Below, in pieces: positions 44,945 to 54,016 of a stretch of 64,000 bases of DNA. The stretch is from Bacteroidota bacterium (GTDB lineage Bacteria > Bacteroidota > Bacteroidia > Bacteroidales > FEN-979). The stretch spans positions 6,603-70,602 of the forward strand of contig JBDROF010000006.1 in the NCBI GenBank assembly GCA_043810345.1, in the 5' to 3' direction. Both the position numbers and the translations under genes were made by a program. The stretch's first letter is position 1; each line of letters starts with the position of its first letter. The notes under the pieces were generated by a model. That model was given only the letters and a program-made list of their open reading frames with translations. It made no database searches and was not told the DNA's origin.

Positions 44945-44985
44945 CACACGATTTGTTAATTAATTCACAATATAATCGAAGTAAC

Positions 44986-46323
44986 ATGAACATTGAAAAG
45001 ATCATGCACGACCTGGAGAAGAAGAATCCGGGTGAAGTGGAGTACTTACAAGCTGTCAGAGAGGTATTGGAGTCCATCGAGGAGATCTATAACGAAAATC
45101 CCCAGTTTGAATCCGGCAACATCATCGATCGGATCATTGATCCTGACCGGATCTATACGTTCAAGGTAAGCTGGGTTGGCGATAACGGGAAAGTGCATGT
45201 GAATCGAGGCTATCGCATACAGTTCAACAACGCAATTGGACCGTATAAAGGGGGATTGCGGTTTCACCCAAGTGTGAACCTGAGCATCCTGAAGTTTCTT
45301 GGCTTCGAACAGGTCTTCAAGAACAGTCTGACCACCCTTCCGATGGGCGGAGCCAAAGGGGGTTCAGATTTTGATCCCAAAGGGAAATCCAACGGGGAGA
45401 TCATGCGTTTCTGCCAGGGATTCATGCTGGAACTCTGGAAGATCATTGGCCCTGAGACTGATGTCCCTGCCGGAGATATTGGTGTGGGTGGCAGAGAGAT
45501 CGGCTTCCTCTACGGAATGTATAAAAAACTGGCCAGAGAGAACTCCGGTGTGCTGACGGGCAAAGGGCTGAATTGGGGTGGAAGCCTGATCCGTCCGGAA
45601 GCAACCGGTTTCGGAACCGTCTACTTTGCCAATGAGATGCTGAATACCAAAGGAGACTCCCTTACAGGCAAAATCGTGGCCCTCTCGGGGTTCGGAAACG
45701 TGGCGTGGGGTGCTGCAATAAAAGCAACCGAACTGGGAGCAAATGTTGTAACGATCTCCGGCCCTGACGGATATGTCTATGATCCCGATGGCATCACCGG
45801 TGAGAAGATCGATTACCTCCTGGATCTGAGAGCCTCCAACGAGGATATCGTGAAACCCTATACCTACGAATTCCCCACCGCCCAGTTCCACCAGGGAAAA
45901 CATCCCTGGGAAGTGCAGTGCGATATCGCCCTTCCCTGTGCCACACAGAATGAGTTGAACAAAGAGGATGCCCAGCATTTGATCAACAATGGAGTTTTGT
46001 GTGTTGCTGAGGGAGCAAATATGCCCAGTACGCCGGAAGCCGTTGAGCTGTTCCTTGAGAATAAGGTGCTGTTTGCGCCCGGGAAAGCAGTCAACGCCGG
46101 TGGCGTGTCTACATCGGGACTCGAAATGTCACAAAATGCGATGAAGCTCAGTTGGCCGTTAACCGAGGTTGACAGCCGCCTGCAGCAAATTATGAGCAGC
46201 ATCCACGAGCAGTGTGTGAAGCATGGAACCGACCCCGACGGCTATGTAAATTATGTCAAAGGAGCCAACGTAGCCGGATTCCTAAAGGTGGCAAACGCGA
46301 TGCTGGACCAGGGAATCATCTGA
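44986..46323 (+). CDS. gdhA: NADP-specific glutamate dehydrogenase
   Basis: KGGLRFHPSVNLSILKFLGFEQVFKNSLTTLPMGGAKGGSDFDPKGKS. The start is at MNIEKIM, and a TAacTTTG box lies about 42 nt upstream. Confidence 0.95.
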   Translation: MNIEKIMHDLEKKNPGEVEYLQAVREVLESIEEIYNENPQFESGNIIDRIIDPDRIYTFKVSWVGDNGKVHVNRGYRIQFNNAIGPYKGGLRFHPSVNLSILKFLGFEQVFKNSLTTLPMGGAKGGSDFDPKGKSNGEIMRFCQGFMLELWKIIGPETDVPAGDIGVGGREIGFLYGMYKKLARENSGVLTGKGLNWGGSLIRPEATGFGTVYFANEMLNTKGDSLTGKIVALSGFGNVAWGAAIKATELGANVVTISGPDGYVYDPDGITGEKIDYLLDLRASNEDIVKPYTYEFPTAQFHQGKHPWEVQCDIALPCATQNELNKEDAQHLINNGVLCVAEGANMPSTPEAVELFLENKVLFAPGKAVNAGGVSTSGLEMSQNAMKLSWPLTEVDSRLQQIMSSIHEQCVKHGTDPDGYVNYVKGANVAGFLKVANAMLDQGII

Positions 46324-48395
46324 TGGCCTTCGTCTCTCCATTATTCCTCTATGGCCTCTTTGCCCTGGCGATCCCGATCCTGATCCACCTGATCAACTTC
46401 AGGCGGTACAGGAAGATCTGGTTTACCAATGTCAGGTTCCTGGCGGAGATTAAACAGGAGAGCCGGAAACGGTCCCGGCTCAAGCAATGGATCCTGCTGG
46501 CAACCAGGTTGCTGACCATCACCTCCCTGGTCATTGCGTTCGCCCAACCCTACATTCCCTCTCCCCTGCAACCCGAAAAACCACAACAACAACAGGGGGT
46601 CAGCATTTTCGTGGATAATTCGTTCAGCATGGATGCCGTGGGAAGTGAAGGAAAACTTATGGAGACAGCCAAAGCAAAAGCCAGGGAAATTGTGGAGGCT
46701 TACAAACCCTCTGACCGCTTCCAGTTACTCACCAATGATTTTGAAGGAGCCCATCAGCACCTTGTTTCCCGCGATGAGTTTCTGAAATTGCTGGAAGAGG
46801 TCCGGATCTCGCCAGCCTCCCGGAAAATCTCCCAGGTGGTATCGAGACAACAGGACCTTCTTGCAACCTCCCCCCACCTCTCCCGGAATATCTTCCTTAT
46901 TTCGGATTTCCAGGAGGTGACGAGTGATTTCGATCACCTCACTCCCGATACCTCCGCATCCTTTTTTATCCTGCCGCTTGCAGCCAATCGTACCGGGAAC
47001 CTGTACATTGACACGGCCTACTTTGAGTCGGCCGTGCAGCAGCCCGATCAACTTTCGCACCTGCGGGTTCGCATCAGAAATACGGGGTCAGACCGGCTGG
47101 AGAAGATCCCGGTGAAACTGGTGATCAATAACCGGCAAAAGGCGCTAGCCAGCGCCGGAATCGATCCCGGATCGGAAACGGAACTGATCCTTCCCTTTAC
47201 CAACAACAGGAGCGGGATCCAGTCAGGGTACCTGGAGCTCCCTGATTATCCGATTGTTTATGACGACCGGTGTTACCTCAGTTACCCACTTGTTACCACC
47301 GTTTCAATCCTCTGCATCAACCAGGAGGGCGAGAATCCTTACCTGAATGCCCTCTTTGGGAGCGATTCGGCGTTCCATTTTGTAAACGCCGGGGTGAACC
47401 GGCTCAACTACTCTTCTTTCGGTGGCTATTCCCTGATCATCCTGAACCAGGTAAACCGTATTTCATCCGGACTGGCCCAGGAACTTACGCGGTTTACCCT
47501 CAACGGAGGAAGTCTGCTGGTCATTCTGCCGGTGGAGATCGACCAGGCTGATTACAGGGGGTTTTTCCATGCCCTTGGAATCCCGGAACCAGAGGATGCA
47601 GATACAGCTCTGCTCCGGGTTTCGCAAATCCGCGTGGAAAGCCAGGTCTACAAGGACGTATTTGAACCAAATGCATCGGGCAGGATTGAACTACCCGCTA
47701 ACGCCGATCTTCCCGTGGTCAGCCTGCACTACCCGCTACATCTGACTACCGCCTCCAGGATAGAGCCTTTGCTGCTATTGCAAAACGGTGATGTGCTGCT
47801 GGCCAGGGCGCCCCACGGAAAAGGGGAGGTGTACCTGTTGACCTCTCCTCTTGAACTACGTAATTCAAGCCTGCCGGGACATCTCCTGTTTGTCCCCACC
47901 TTTTATAAAATCGCTTTACTAAGCCAGCCACGCAGCGATCTCTATTATTTTACCGCAACGAACAAGCCGGTTGAAGTACCTGCTGATACGCTTCAGCATG
48001 ACCTGGTGTTCCGGATCGTAAAGCAGGATTCCGAATTGGTGATCATTCCCGAACTGAGATTCGTGGAGGGAAGAATGCTTCTCTATCCCCATGACCAGAT
48101 CCGGGAAGCCGGCCTCTTCACCCTCTATCTCGGGGAGAAGCCCCTGACCGGTCTTGCCTTCAACTTTCCGCGTACTGAATCTGATCTTCACTGCCTGGAT
48201 CCGGTATCTATCCGGGAGATCCTGGAACGTAAAGAAATCAGATCCTTTGTCCTGCTGCAGGCCGACCACCCTTCGCTGACGAAGGAGATCCGGGAGGCCG
48301 GGCGGGGAAAACCACTCTGGAAACTTTTCATCCTGATCGCCCTCTTCCTTCTCGCTCTGGAGATAGTCATTATTAGACTGTTTCCGAAACAATAG
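46323..48395 (+). CDS. BatA-domain / vWA-like membrane protein
   Basis: MAFVSPLFLYGLFALAIPILIHLINFRR is the N-terminal double-TM 'aerotolerance' BatA motif. A C-terminal TM helix is present. The ATG overlaps the gdhA TGA (TGATG). Confidence 0.75.
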   Translation: MAFVSPLFLYGLFALAIPILIHLINFRRYRKIWFTNVRFLAEIKQESRKRSRLKQWILLATRLLTITSLVIAFAQPYIPSPLQPEKPQQQQGVSIFVDNSFSMDAVGSEGKLMETAKAKAREIVEAYKPSDRFQLLTNDFEGAHQHLVSRDEFLKLLEEVRISPASRKISQVVSRQQDLLATSPHLSRNIFLISDFQEVTSDFDHLTPDTSASFFILPLAANRTGNLYIDTAYFESAVQQPDQLSHLRVRIRNTGSDRLEKIPVKLVINNRQKALASAGIDPGSETELILPFTNNRSGIQSGYLELPDYPIVYDDRCYLSYPLVTTVSILCINQEGENPYLNALFGSDSAFHFVNAGVNRLNYSSFGGYSLIILNQVNRISSGLAQELTRFTLNGGSLLVILPVEIDQADYRGFFHALGIPEPEDADTALLRVSQIRVESQVYKDVFEPNASGRIELPANADLPVVSLHYPLHLTTASRIEPLLLLQNGDVLLARAPHGKGEVYLLTSPLELRNSSLPGHLLFVPTFYKIALLSQPRSDLYYFTATNKPVEVPADTLQHDLVFRIVKQDSELVIIPELRFVEGRMLLYPHDQIREAGLFTLYLGEKPLTGLAFNFPRTESDLHCLDPVSIREILERKEIRSFVLLQADHPSLTKEIREAGRGKPLWKLFILIALFLLALEIVIIRLFPKQ

Positions 48396-48412
48396 TGTCA
48401 AAAAAACGTACA
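48396..48412. promoter_or_regulatory. second, imperfect activator site
   Basis: TGTC-AAAAAAACG-TACA (TGTC-N9-TACA). Its centre is 21 bp from the perfect site. Confidence 0.45.
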
Positions 48413-48415
48413 CTA

Positions 48416-48434
48416 GTGTCAAAATATTTGACAC
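48416..48434. promoter_or_regulatory. palindromic upstream activator site (putative EBP binding site)
   Basis: GTGTCAAA-ATA-TTTGACAC has perfect 8-bp arms. The reverse-complement copy lies at 60164-60182. Confidence 0.6.
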
Positions 48435-48454
48435 CTTTAGGTGCTTCCTAAAGG
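48434..48454 (+). terminator. hairpin after the BatA-like gene
   Basis: CCTTTAGG-tgctt-CCTAAAGG, an 8-bp stem 39 nt after the stop, followed by A/T-rich sequence. It lies between the activator sites and the -24/-12 element. Confidence 0.35.
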
Positions 48455-48497
48455 GAAATTATTTTATATCTATCTGTTATACAGATATTTATAATTT

Positions 48498-48513
48498 TGG
48501 TACAATATTTGCA
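48498..48513 (+). promoter_or_regulatory. sigma-54 (-24/-12) promoter of the RiPP operon
   Basis: TGGTAC-aatat-TTGCA compared with the consensus TGGCAC-N5-TTGCW. GG-to-GC spacing is exact, and the precursor ATG is 58 nt downstream. Confidence 0.7.
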
Positions 48514-48570
48514 GTATGGCTAAGTCCATAAGGAAGCAAATAAAAAATATCAATATTAAATTCTAACGCC

Positions 48571-48780
48571 ATGAAAACGTTAAGCATCATCAACCTGCAC
48601 AAAGCCGAGATCAAGAAGAATCTGTTAGCAAAAATCAGAGGTGGAGAAGAAATTAAATGTTTTTGCACGGCGACTAATCCTTACGTCGTCATAAAAAAGC
48701 AGGGCGGTAGCACCAAGCTTTGCTATTGTGATGAAGTAACCACCAGCACTGCAGGCGTTTACAGCAGCACACCGGATTAA
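48571..48780 (+). CDS. RiPP precursor peptide, double-glycine leader, Cys-rich core (GG-Bacteroidales-type)
   Basis: 69 aa. The 25-aa leader MKTLSIINLHKAEIKKNLLAKIRGG is followed by a 44-aa core with CFC and CYC motifs. It sits immediately upstream of the rSAM maturase and downstream of a -24/-12 promoter. Confidence 0.8.
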   Translation: MKTLSIINLHKAEIKKNLLAKIRGGEEIKCFCTATNPYVVIKKQGGSTKLCYCDEVTTSTAGVYSSTPD

Positions 48781-48847
48781 TTCCTAAAAGTGTTACCTTT
48801 GCCACTACCCGAAATGGGCAGGTGTGTAACATGATGTCCAAAGACTG

Positions 48848-50362
48848 ATGAAAAATGCGGTTTTCTTTACATCAGGCAAAGGTAACTGTTATCTGTACAG
48901 CCCGTACAGAAACCAGCTCCGGCTTTGTCATCCTCTGATTCATCACTTTTTTTCTCTCGAAAAAAAAGGCACGAACCTCGGCCGGTGGATCACAACCATT
49001 CAGAAAAATAGAAATCTTACCATTCAGGGAATGGGGACATTCTCCCACTCAGAAGTCAATTATCAGCTGGAAAAATACCGGTTCCTGAAACGAAATGGGT
49101 TCCTGAAACAGGCCAGGGATATCAACATTGAAGGAAGGCTGAAGGCCTCCGATGTGAAGAAAAATATAACCTCCGTCAAGCAGCTCATTTTTGAAGTGAC
49201 GGAAGATTGCAACCTAAACTGCACCTACTGCACCTACAGCAAATATTACATCAACAAAGAGAGACACAACAGCTATTTGTCATTCGGAAATGTCCGGCAT
49301 ACGTTAACGGAGCTGATCTCCAAACGCACCACCTCCCCATCAAACCACCTCATCGTCAGTTTCTACGGAGGCGAACCACTGAAAAATTTCGAACTCATCA
49401 AATCGGTGGTGGAATTTACCGGCAGCTATCCGAAAGATCAGATCTCCTTTACCTACTCCCTCTCCAGCAATGGTCTTTTATTGAAAAAATACATCGCTTT
49501 TCTGGTCGAACATGCCTTTGAGCTCTCCGTTAGCCTCGATGGAGATGAAATAGCCAATTCGTTCCGGGTAACGAAGAACAATAAACCATCGTTTGACATG
49601 GTAACCAAAAACCTCGACTACGTCAGGACACACTATCCCGAATATTTCGAAAAAAACATCAGTTTCCTGACCGTGTTGCATAACCGGAACTCGATCAAAT
49701 CCGTGTTCGAATTCTTCCAGGAACGGTATGGAAAGGTGCCGCAAATGTCGGATGTCAATCCAATCAATCTTAACCCATTGCACGAAAGAGAGTTCCGGGA
49801 GAAGTTGCGATCAAAACCGATCACACCGCAGGAAGAGAAAGAGACCATCAAACAGATGGAGAACAGGCATCCGAAGGTCAGGGAGCTGGCCAAGGTCCTG
49901 GAATATTACTCTGGTTTCGTGTTTAAGAACTACCTGGAGATGATCTCTCCAAAACGGGGAAAGGTCTCTTCCAAAAAGTATATACCAACGGCCACCTGTA
50001 CCCCCTTCTCCATCCGGGCCTATTTTTCGGCCGACGGTACCGTTCTTCCCTGTGAGCATATCAGTCCGTTTTATGGGATCGGCTCCTATTCCGACCACCG
50101 TCTATCCCTTGATCCCGCAGGTATGGCCAGCCTCTACAACAACTATTACGATAAGATCTCCCGGTACTGCAGAAAATGTTATTTCATCGATAACTGCCAG
50201 GAATGTCTCTTCAATACCGGGGTGGAGACAGACCATCCATCCTGCTCATTCTACACCACAGAGACCGGATTCAAGGAGTACCTGAAGAAGCATTACTCCA
50301 ACATTGAGAACGATTATAAGTTTTACCGGAAAACCGCTCAAACCACTTTCTATGAAGGATAA
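48848..50362 (+). CDS. radical SAM/SPASM peptide maturase
   Basis: CNLNCTYC (CX3CX2C) within EVTEDCNLNCTYCTYSKYY. The C-terminal auxiliary-cluster motifs are CTPFSIRAYFSADGTVLPC and CRKCYFIDNCQEC. Confidence 0.9.
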   Translation: MKNAVFFTSGKGNCYLYSPYRNQLRLCHPLIHHFFSLEKKGTNLGRWITTIQKNRNLTIQGMGTFSHSEVNYQLEKYRFLKRNGFLKQARDINIEGRLKASDVKKNITSVKQLIFEVTEDCNLNCTYCTYSKYYINKERHNSYLSFGNVRHTLTELISKRTTSPSNHLIVSFYGGEPLKNFELIKSVVEFTGSYPKDQISFTYSLSSNGLLLKKYIAFLVEHAFELSVSLDGDEIANSFRVTKNNKPSFDMVTKNLDYVRTHYPEYFEKNISFLTVLHNRNSIKSVFEFFQERYGKVPQMSDVNPINLNPLHEREFREKLRSKPITPQEEKETIKQMENRHPKVRELAKVLEYYSGFVFKNYLEMISPKRGKVSSKKYIPTATCTPFSIRAYFSADGTVLPCEHISPFYGIGSYSDHRLSLDPAGMASLYNNYYDKISRYCRKCYFIDNCQECLFNTGVETDHPSCSFYTTETGFKEYLKKHYSNIENDYKFYRKTAQTTFYEG

Positions 50363-51632
50363 TCCTCCATGGCTGTTTCTGGAACCTTATGTACATATGC
50401 TTCACCGGGAGGGAGCCCTTCTTCTATACAATACCATCAGTAAAACCGTGTTGGAGTTCAGCAACTCCCGGGAGCTATCCAAACTTGCAGACGAACTGCT
50501 GGACCCTGACAATGGATATGTGGTCCCCCTGTCTGCCAGTCAGCTTCAGGATCCAGAAGTCCAGGATTTCCTCCACCAGGTCAGGCAACACTTCATGGGA
50601 GATCTCCTCGATCCCTCCTGGTCGGAGTGCAAACCGGTCAACATTGTTCCTGAGCCCTTTGTCAAGCATGGTCTCAGGCCTGTTCCCATACAGAAATCCC
50701 CCCTGAAACCCGGCCTGGAGGTCCGCAATTATTTACAGGAACTCACCCTCTTTTTGAATGCCGGAACCGAACCATCATCCGGTCCATCCGCCAGCGCATA
50801 CCTTCAGTTCTCATACCCCTCCTTAGTTTCAGATAAAGAGGAACAGATGGAGCTTCCCCTCTTCCGTGCGATGATCGATGATGTCAATCTTTATACGCCA
50901 ACGCTGATCCACATCTCCGGTATGAACCTGCTTGCCTATCCCCATTTGGAAGAGGTGATCAGAAAACTGGCATCCAGCCCTTTTCAAAAGAAATATCACC
51001 TCCTTATCGATCACTGGGAGGAACGGATCATCCCTTTTATCCTGGCTCAGAAACAGACTACCCTCGCCCTCTACATCACGTTCCCCTCCCATCCGGAACC
51101 CATCGCCGGGTATCTGCAGAGCCTCCCGGCTCGGAAACTCCTGAAGAGACTGGAGTTCAACTTATTGGTCAGCAACCAGGAGGAGCTGCAGATGGCGCAG
51201 GAAACCGTCAGGATGCTCGACCTTACCAACGTCTATTTCAAGCCTGTCTATAACGGGGAAAATCTTGATTTCTTCAGGCAGCATGTGTTTGTTTCCAGGG
51301 AGGAGATTCTGGCTTCACAACCAGATCAACGGGAGGTGTTCTCCAGGATCTCGATCAACGAAAACGATTTCGGAAAACTCTCTGTTTTCCCCGCAGGGGA
51401 AGCCTATGCCAATTTGAATGATCCCATGATCGGAGAGGCGACAAAGAGCTCCCTGGTTCAGCTGGTCACCCAGGAACTGGACAGGGGAATCAGCTGGCGA
51501 CGAACCCGCGCCGGCGTCACTCCTTGCAACGGGTGTCTCTATCAGTTCCTGTGTCCTCCCATCAGCTCCTATGAGATTTTTCTGAAGCGGTTTAATTTCT
51601 GCGATGTCCATCCAAACGGGAAAGAGTCATGA
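50352..51632 (+). CDS. pseudo-radical-SAM partner protein (no CX3CX2C; SPASM-like C-terminus)
   Basis: The ATG overlaps the maturase by 11 nt. Length and layout resemble the maturase, but the Cys triad position reads ELTLFLNAGTEPSS. C-terminal PCNGCLYQFLCPP...FNFC. Confidence 0.75.
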   Translation: MKDNPPWLFLEPYVHMLHREGALLLYNTISKTVLEFSNSRELSKLADELLDPDNGYVVPLSASQLQDPEVQDFLHQVRQHFMGDLLDPSWSECKPVNIVPEPFVKHGLRPVPIQKSPLKPGLEVRNYLQELTLFLNAGTEPSSGPSASAYLQFSYPSLVSDKEEQMELPLFRAMIDDVNLYTPTLIHISGMNLLAYPHLEEVIRKLASSPFQKKYHLLIDHWEERIIPFILAQKQTTLALYITFPSHPEPIAGYLQSLPARKLLKRLEFNLLVSNQEELQMAQETVRMLDLTNVYFKPVYNGENLDFFRQHVFVSREEILASQPDQREVFSRISINENDFGKLSVFPAGEAYANLNDPMIGEATKSSLVQLVTQELDRGISWRRTRAGVTPCNGCLYQFLCPPISSYEIFLKRFNFCDVHPNGKES

Positions 51633-54016
51633 ACTGGAACTCATTGGTAACCTCTTACCGATTCATGATGAAGAGTAGAATCTTCACCGCCATCAACCTG
51701 ATCGGGCTGACGGCCGGGTTGACGGTCTCCTTTTTCCTGCTGATCTACATCATCAATGAATTAAGTTACAACTCCTTTCATGCCAGAAGCGACCGGATCT
51801 ACCGCATCATCACGCAAACCGAAAAGAATACCATCCCCTTGTCCCCTTCCCTTCTTCCGGCCAGGCTTCAGGAGCAATCCGAGGGTATTTTACAGGCAGG
51901 TGGCATGGTTGAAGTCCAATTCTTAACGGGTCCGGTAAGGGTTAAAAAAGGGCAAAATTACCACGAGGAACCTGGATTTTTCTGTGCCGATCCGGCGGTT
52001 CTGGATATCCTCAGCTTCAACATTGCCGGCGGTGAAGGAGGTGCAGGATTACACAAGGCAGGATCCGTCATGCTTTCACGACCTGTTGCCCTGAAATATT
52101 TTGACCAGGCGGATCCAATCGGGCAGAAGTTGGAGATTAAATCCGGTGGAGTCCCCGTTTCCTTAACCGTTTCCGGTATTTTTGAAAAGCTGCCCTGGAA
52201 CTCCACCATGGAAGTTGACTTTATTGCCGGGATGGATCTTTTCCATTTCCTGCTGAATGAGTTTGGCATTGACCTGGAAACAGAGACGGTGAATTATGCG
52301 GATTTTTATGCAGAAAACTATATTCTGGTTGACCGTCGTGGGAGAATACCTGAACTGATGGATCAGCTCCCATCGCTTCTGGATACCCTGGGACTCACCG
52401 CGCGGAAGATTGCTTTTTCTTTTCAGAACATCCAGGACATTCATCTCGATTCGGAGGAGATTACAAACGATTTCCACCAGAAGGGAACCCGGTCGGCTCT
52501 CTTCTATTATGGCTCACTGGCCTTTGCCATCTTACTGCTTGCCGGCATCAACTACTCTATCCTCAGTACCGCCCGTTCGGCCTTGCGATTTAAGGAGATC
52601 GGGGTCAGGAAGGTCCTGGGAGCTACCAAACGGGAATTACGGATTCAGGTACTCGCCGAATCGATGTTGCTGACCTTTTTGGCCCTGCCCCTCGCTTTTC
52701 TGGTGCTGGGGTTCATTGAGCCCTTTGCCGACCGGTTATATGGGTATGAGATCCAGCTATACACCTGGAACATGCTGATTTACATTCCCCTCTTCGCTGT
52801 CATCACCCTGCTTATCGGATTGACCTCCGGAGGCTATCTTGCCTTTTACCTTTCGGCCCTGAATCCATTGAAAGCTATTAAAAACCAGGTATTTACACGT
52901 CAGCGCTTCAGCCTGAGCAAAGGGTTCATTGTGCTTCAACTGCTGATCACCCTGTTCCTGCTGGGGTGTGTGCTGATCATCTTTGCCCAGCTCGATTATT
53001 GCCTGAATACAAACAGTGGCATACAGAAGAGAGAGCTGTTGATCGTTTCATTCGATCCGGCAGAGTTTCATTTCTACCCCGAGCTTCGTGACCGGATTCA
53101 GGAAGAAGAGGCCGTCGTGTCTGTCTCGGGCAGTTCCATCATTCCTCCCACCAACGCCAGTTCGTTCATCTCGTTTACCATCTCATCCCCCGGTTCATTG
53201 TCAGAAACAGTCCTACTGGAGAATTATTATGTGGACAGAGACTTTTTCACCACCCTTGGTATCGGGATGGTATCAGGTGAAGATATCAGACCGGCAGGGG
53301 GTACCCAATCCGAAGTACCCGTTATTCTCAACCAGGAGGCCAAAGCGCTGCTGGGTCTCGAGCAACCGGTGGGGACCTCTCTTGGTAAAAGCATCGTCAC
53401 GGGAGTGGTCAGGGATTTCAACATCCACTCTTTTCATTCGAAAATTTTACCGGCAGTATTCACCTACAATCCCTCCGAGTGCAGTTACCTGGTGGTCAGA
53501 TGCCAGCCGGGAGCTTTAAAAAAGGCACGTCAACTAGTAGAGAAACACTGGCTTGCGCTGGCACCTGATCTTCCGTTTGCCAGTGCCACATTCGATGATG
53601 AACTGAATCTGATGTACTCCACGGAGCAGAAATTTGGTCAGGTGGTAGCCTCCTTCTCCTTTCTGGCCTTCATCATCACGGGGATGGGTCTTTTTGGTCT
53701 TGCCCTCCTGATGATCGAGCGCCGGTTGAAAGAGATTGCCGTCAGGAAGATCTTCGGCGCCTCGAACCACGACATCCTGTTCCGGGTGCAAAAAGAGTTT
53801 CTGCTGTATATCCTGCTGGCATCAGTGGTTGCCATCCCGGTAACCTGGTATATCATGAACAGCTGGTTATCTTCTTTCTACTATAAAGTTCCGGTACACT
53901 GGTACCTCTTTTTGATTGCCGTCCTGTCCATCACTATTTTTGTATCCTCGATCATCATGATCAGGACCTGGGCTGTTCTGCGTAAGAACCTGATCAACGT
54001 GTTGAGATATGAGTAG
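51629..54016 (+). CDS. ABC transporter permease, FtsX/MacB type (duplicated)
   Basis: 795 aa with a 4-nt overlap upstream. The N-terminal TM helix and periplasmic domain are repeated twice, with FtsX-like TM bundles (...RKVLGATKRELR..., ...RKIFGASNHDIL...). Confidence 0.85.
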   Translation: MNWNSLVTSYRFMMKSRIFTAINLIGLTAGLTVSFFLLIYIINELSYNSFHARSDRIYRIITQTEKNTIPLSPSLLPARLQEQSEGILQAGGMVEVQFLTGPVRVKKGQNYHEEPGFFCADPAVLDILSFNIAGGEGGAGLHKAGSVMLSRPVALKYFDQADPIGQKLEIKSGGVPVSLTVSGIFEKLPWNSTMEVDFIAGMDLFHFLLNEFGIDLETETVNYADFYAENYILVDRRGRIPELMDQLPSLLDTLGLTARKIAFSFQNIQDIHLDSEEITNDFHQKGTRSALFYYGSLAFAILLLAGINYSILSTARSALRFKEIGVRKVLGATKRELRIQVLAESMLLTFLALPLAFLVLGFIEPFADRLYGYEIQLYTWNMLIYIPLFAVITLLIGLTSGGYLAFYLSALNPLKAIKNQVFTRQRFSLSKGFIVLQLLITLFLLGCVLIIFAQLDYCLNTNSGIQKRELLIVSFDPAEFHFYPELRDRIQEEEAVVSVSGSSIIPPTNASSFISFTISSPGSLSETVLLENYYVDRDFFTTLGIGMVSGEDIRPAGGTQSEVPVILNQEAKALLGLEQPVGTSLGKSIVTGVVRDFNIHSFHSKILPAVFTYNPSECSYLVVRCQPGALKKARQLVEKHWLALAPDLPFASATFDDELNLMYSTEQKFGQVVASFSFLAFIITGMGLFGLALLMIERRLKEIAVRKIFGASNHDILFRVQKEFLLYILLASVVAIPVTWYIMNSWLSSFYYKVPVHWYLFLIAVLSITIFVSSIIMIRTWAVLRKNLINVLRYE

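Noticed and set aside
46212-46322. N-terminal extension of the BatA-like ORF overlapping gdhA by 111 nt.
   Set aside because: The conserved BatA N-terminal motif starts at the ATG at 46323, which is coupled to the gdhA stop (TGATG). The upstream part reads through gdhA coding sequence in another frame.
48504-48511. A housekeeping TAnnTTTG -7 box overlapping the precursor promoter (AATATTTG).
   Set aside because: The T-A of the motif is missing at the required spacing; only TATTTG is present. The -24/-12 reading fits all positions and matches the presence of an EBP.
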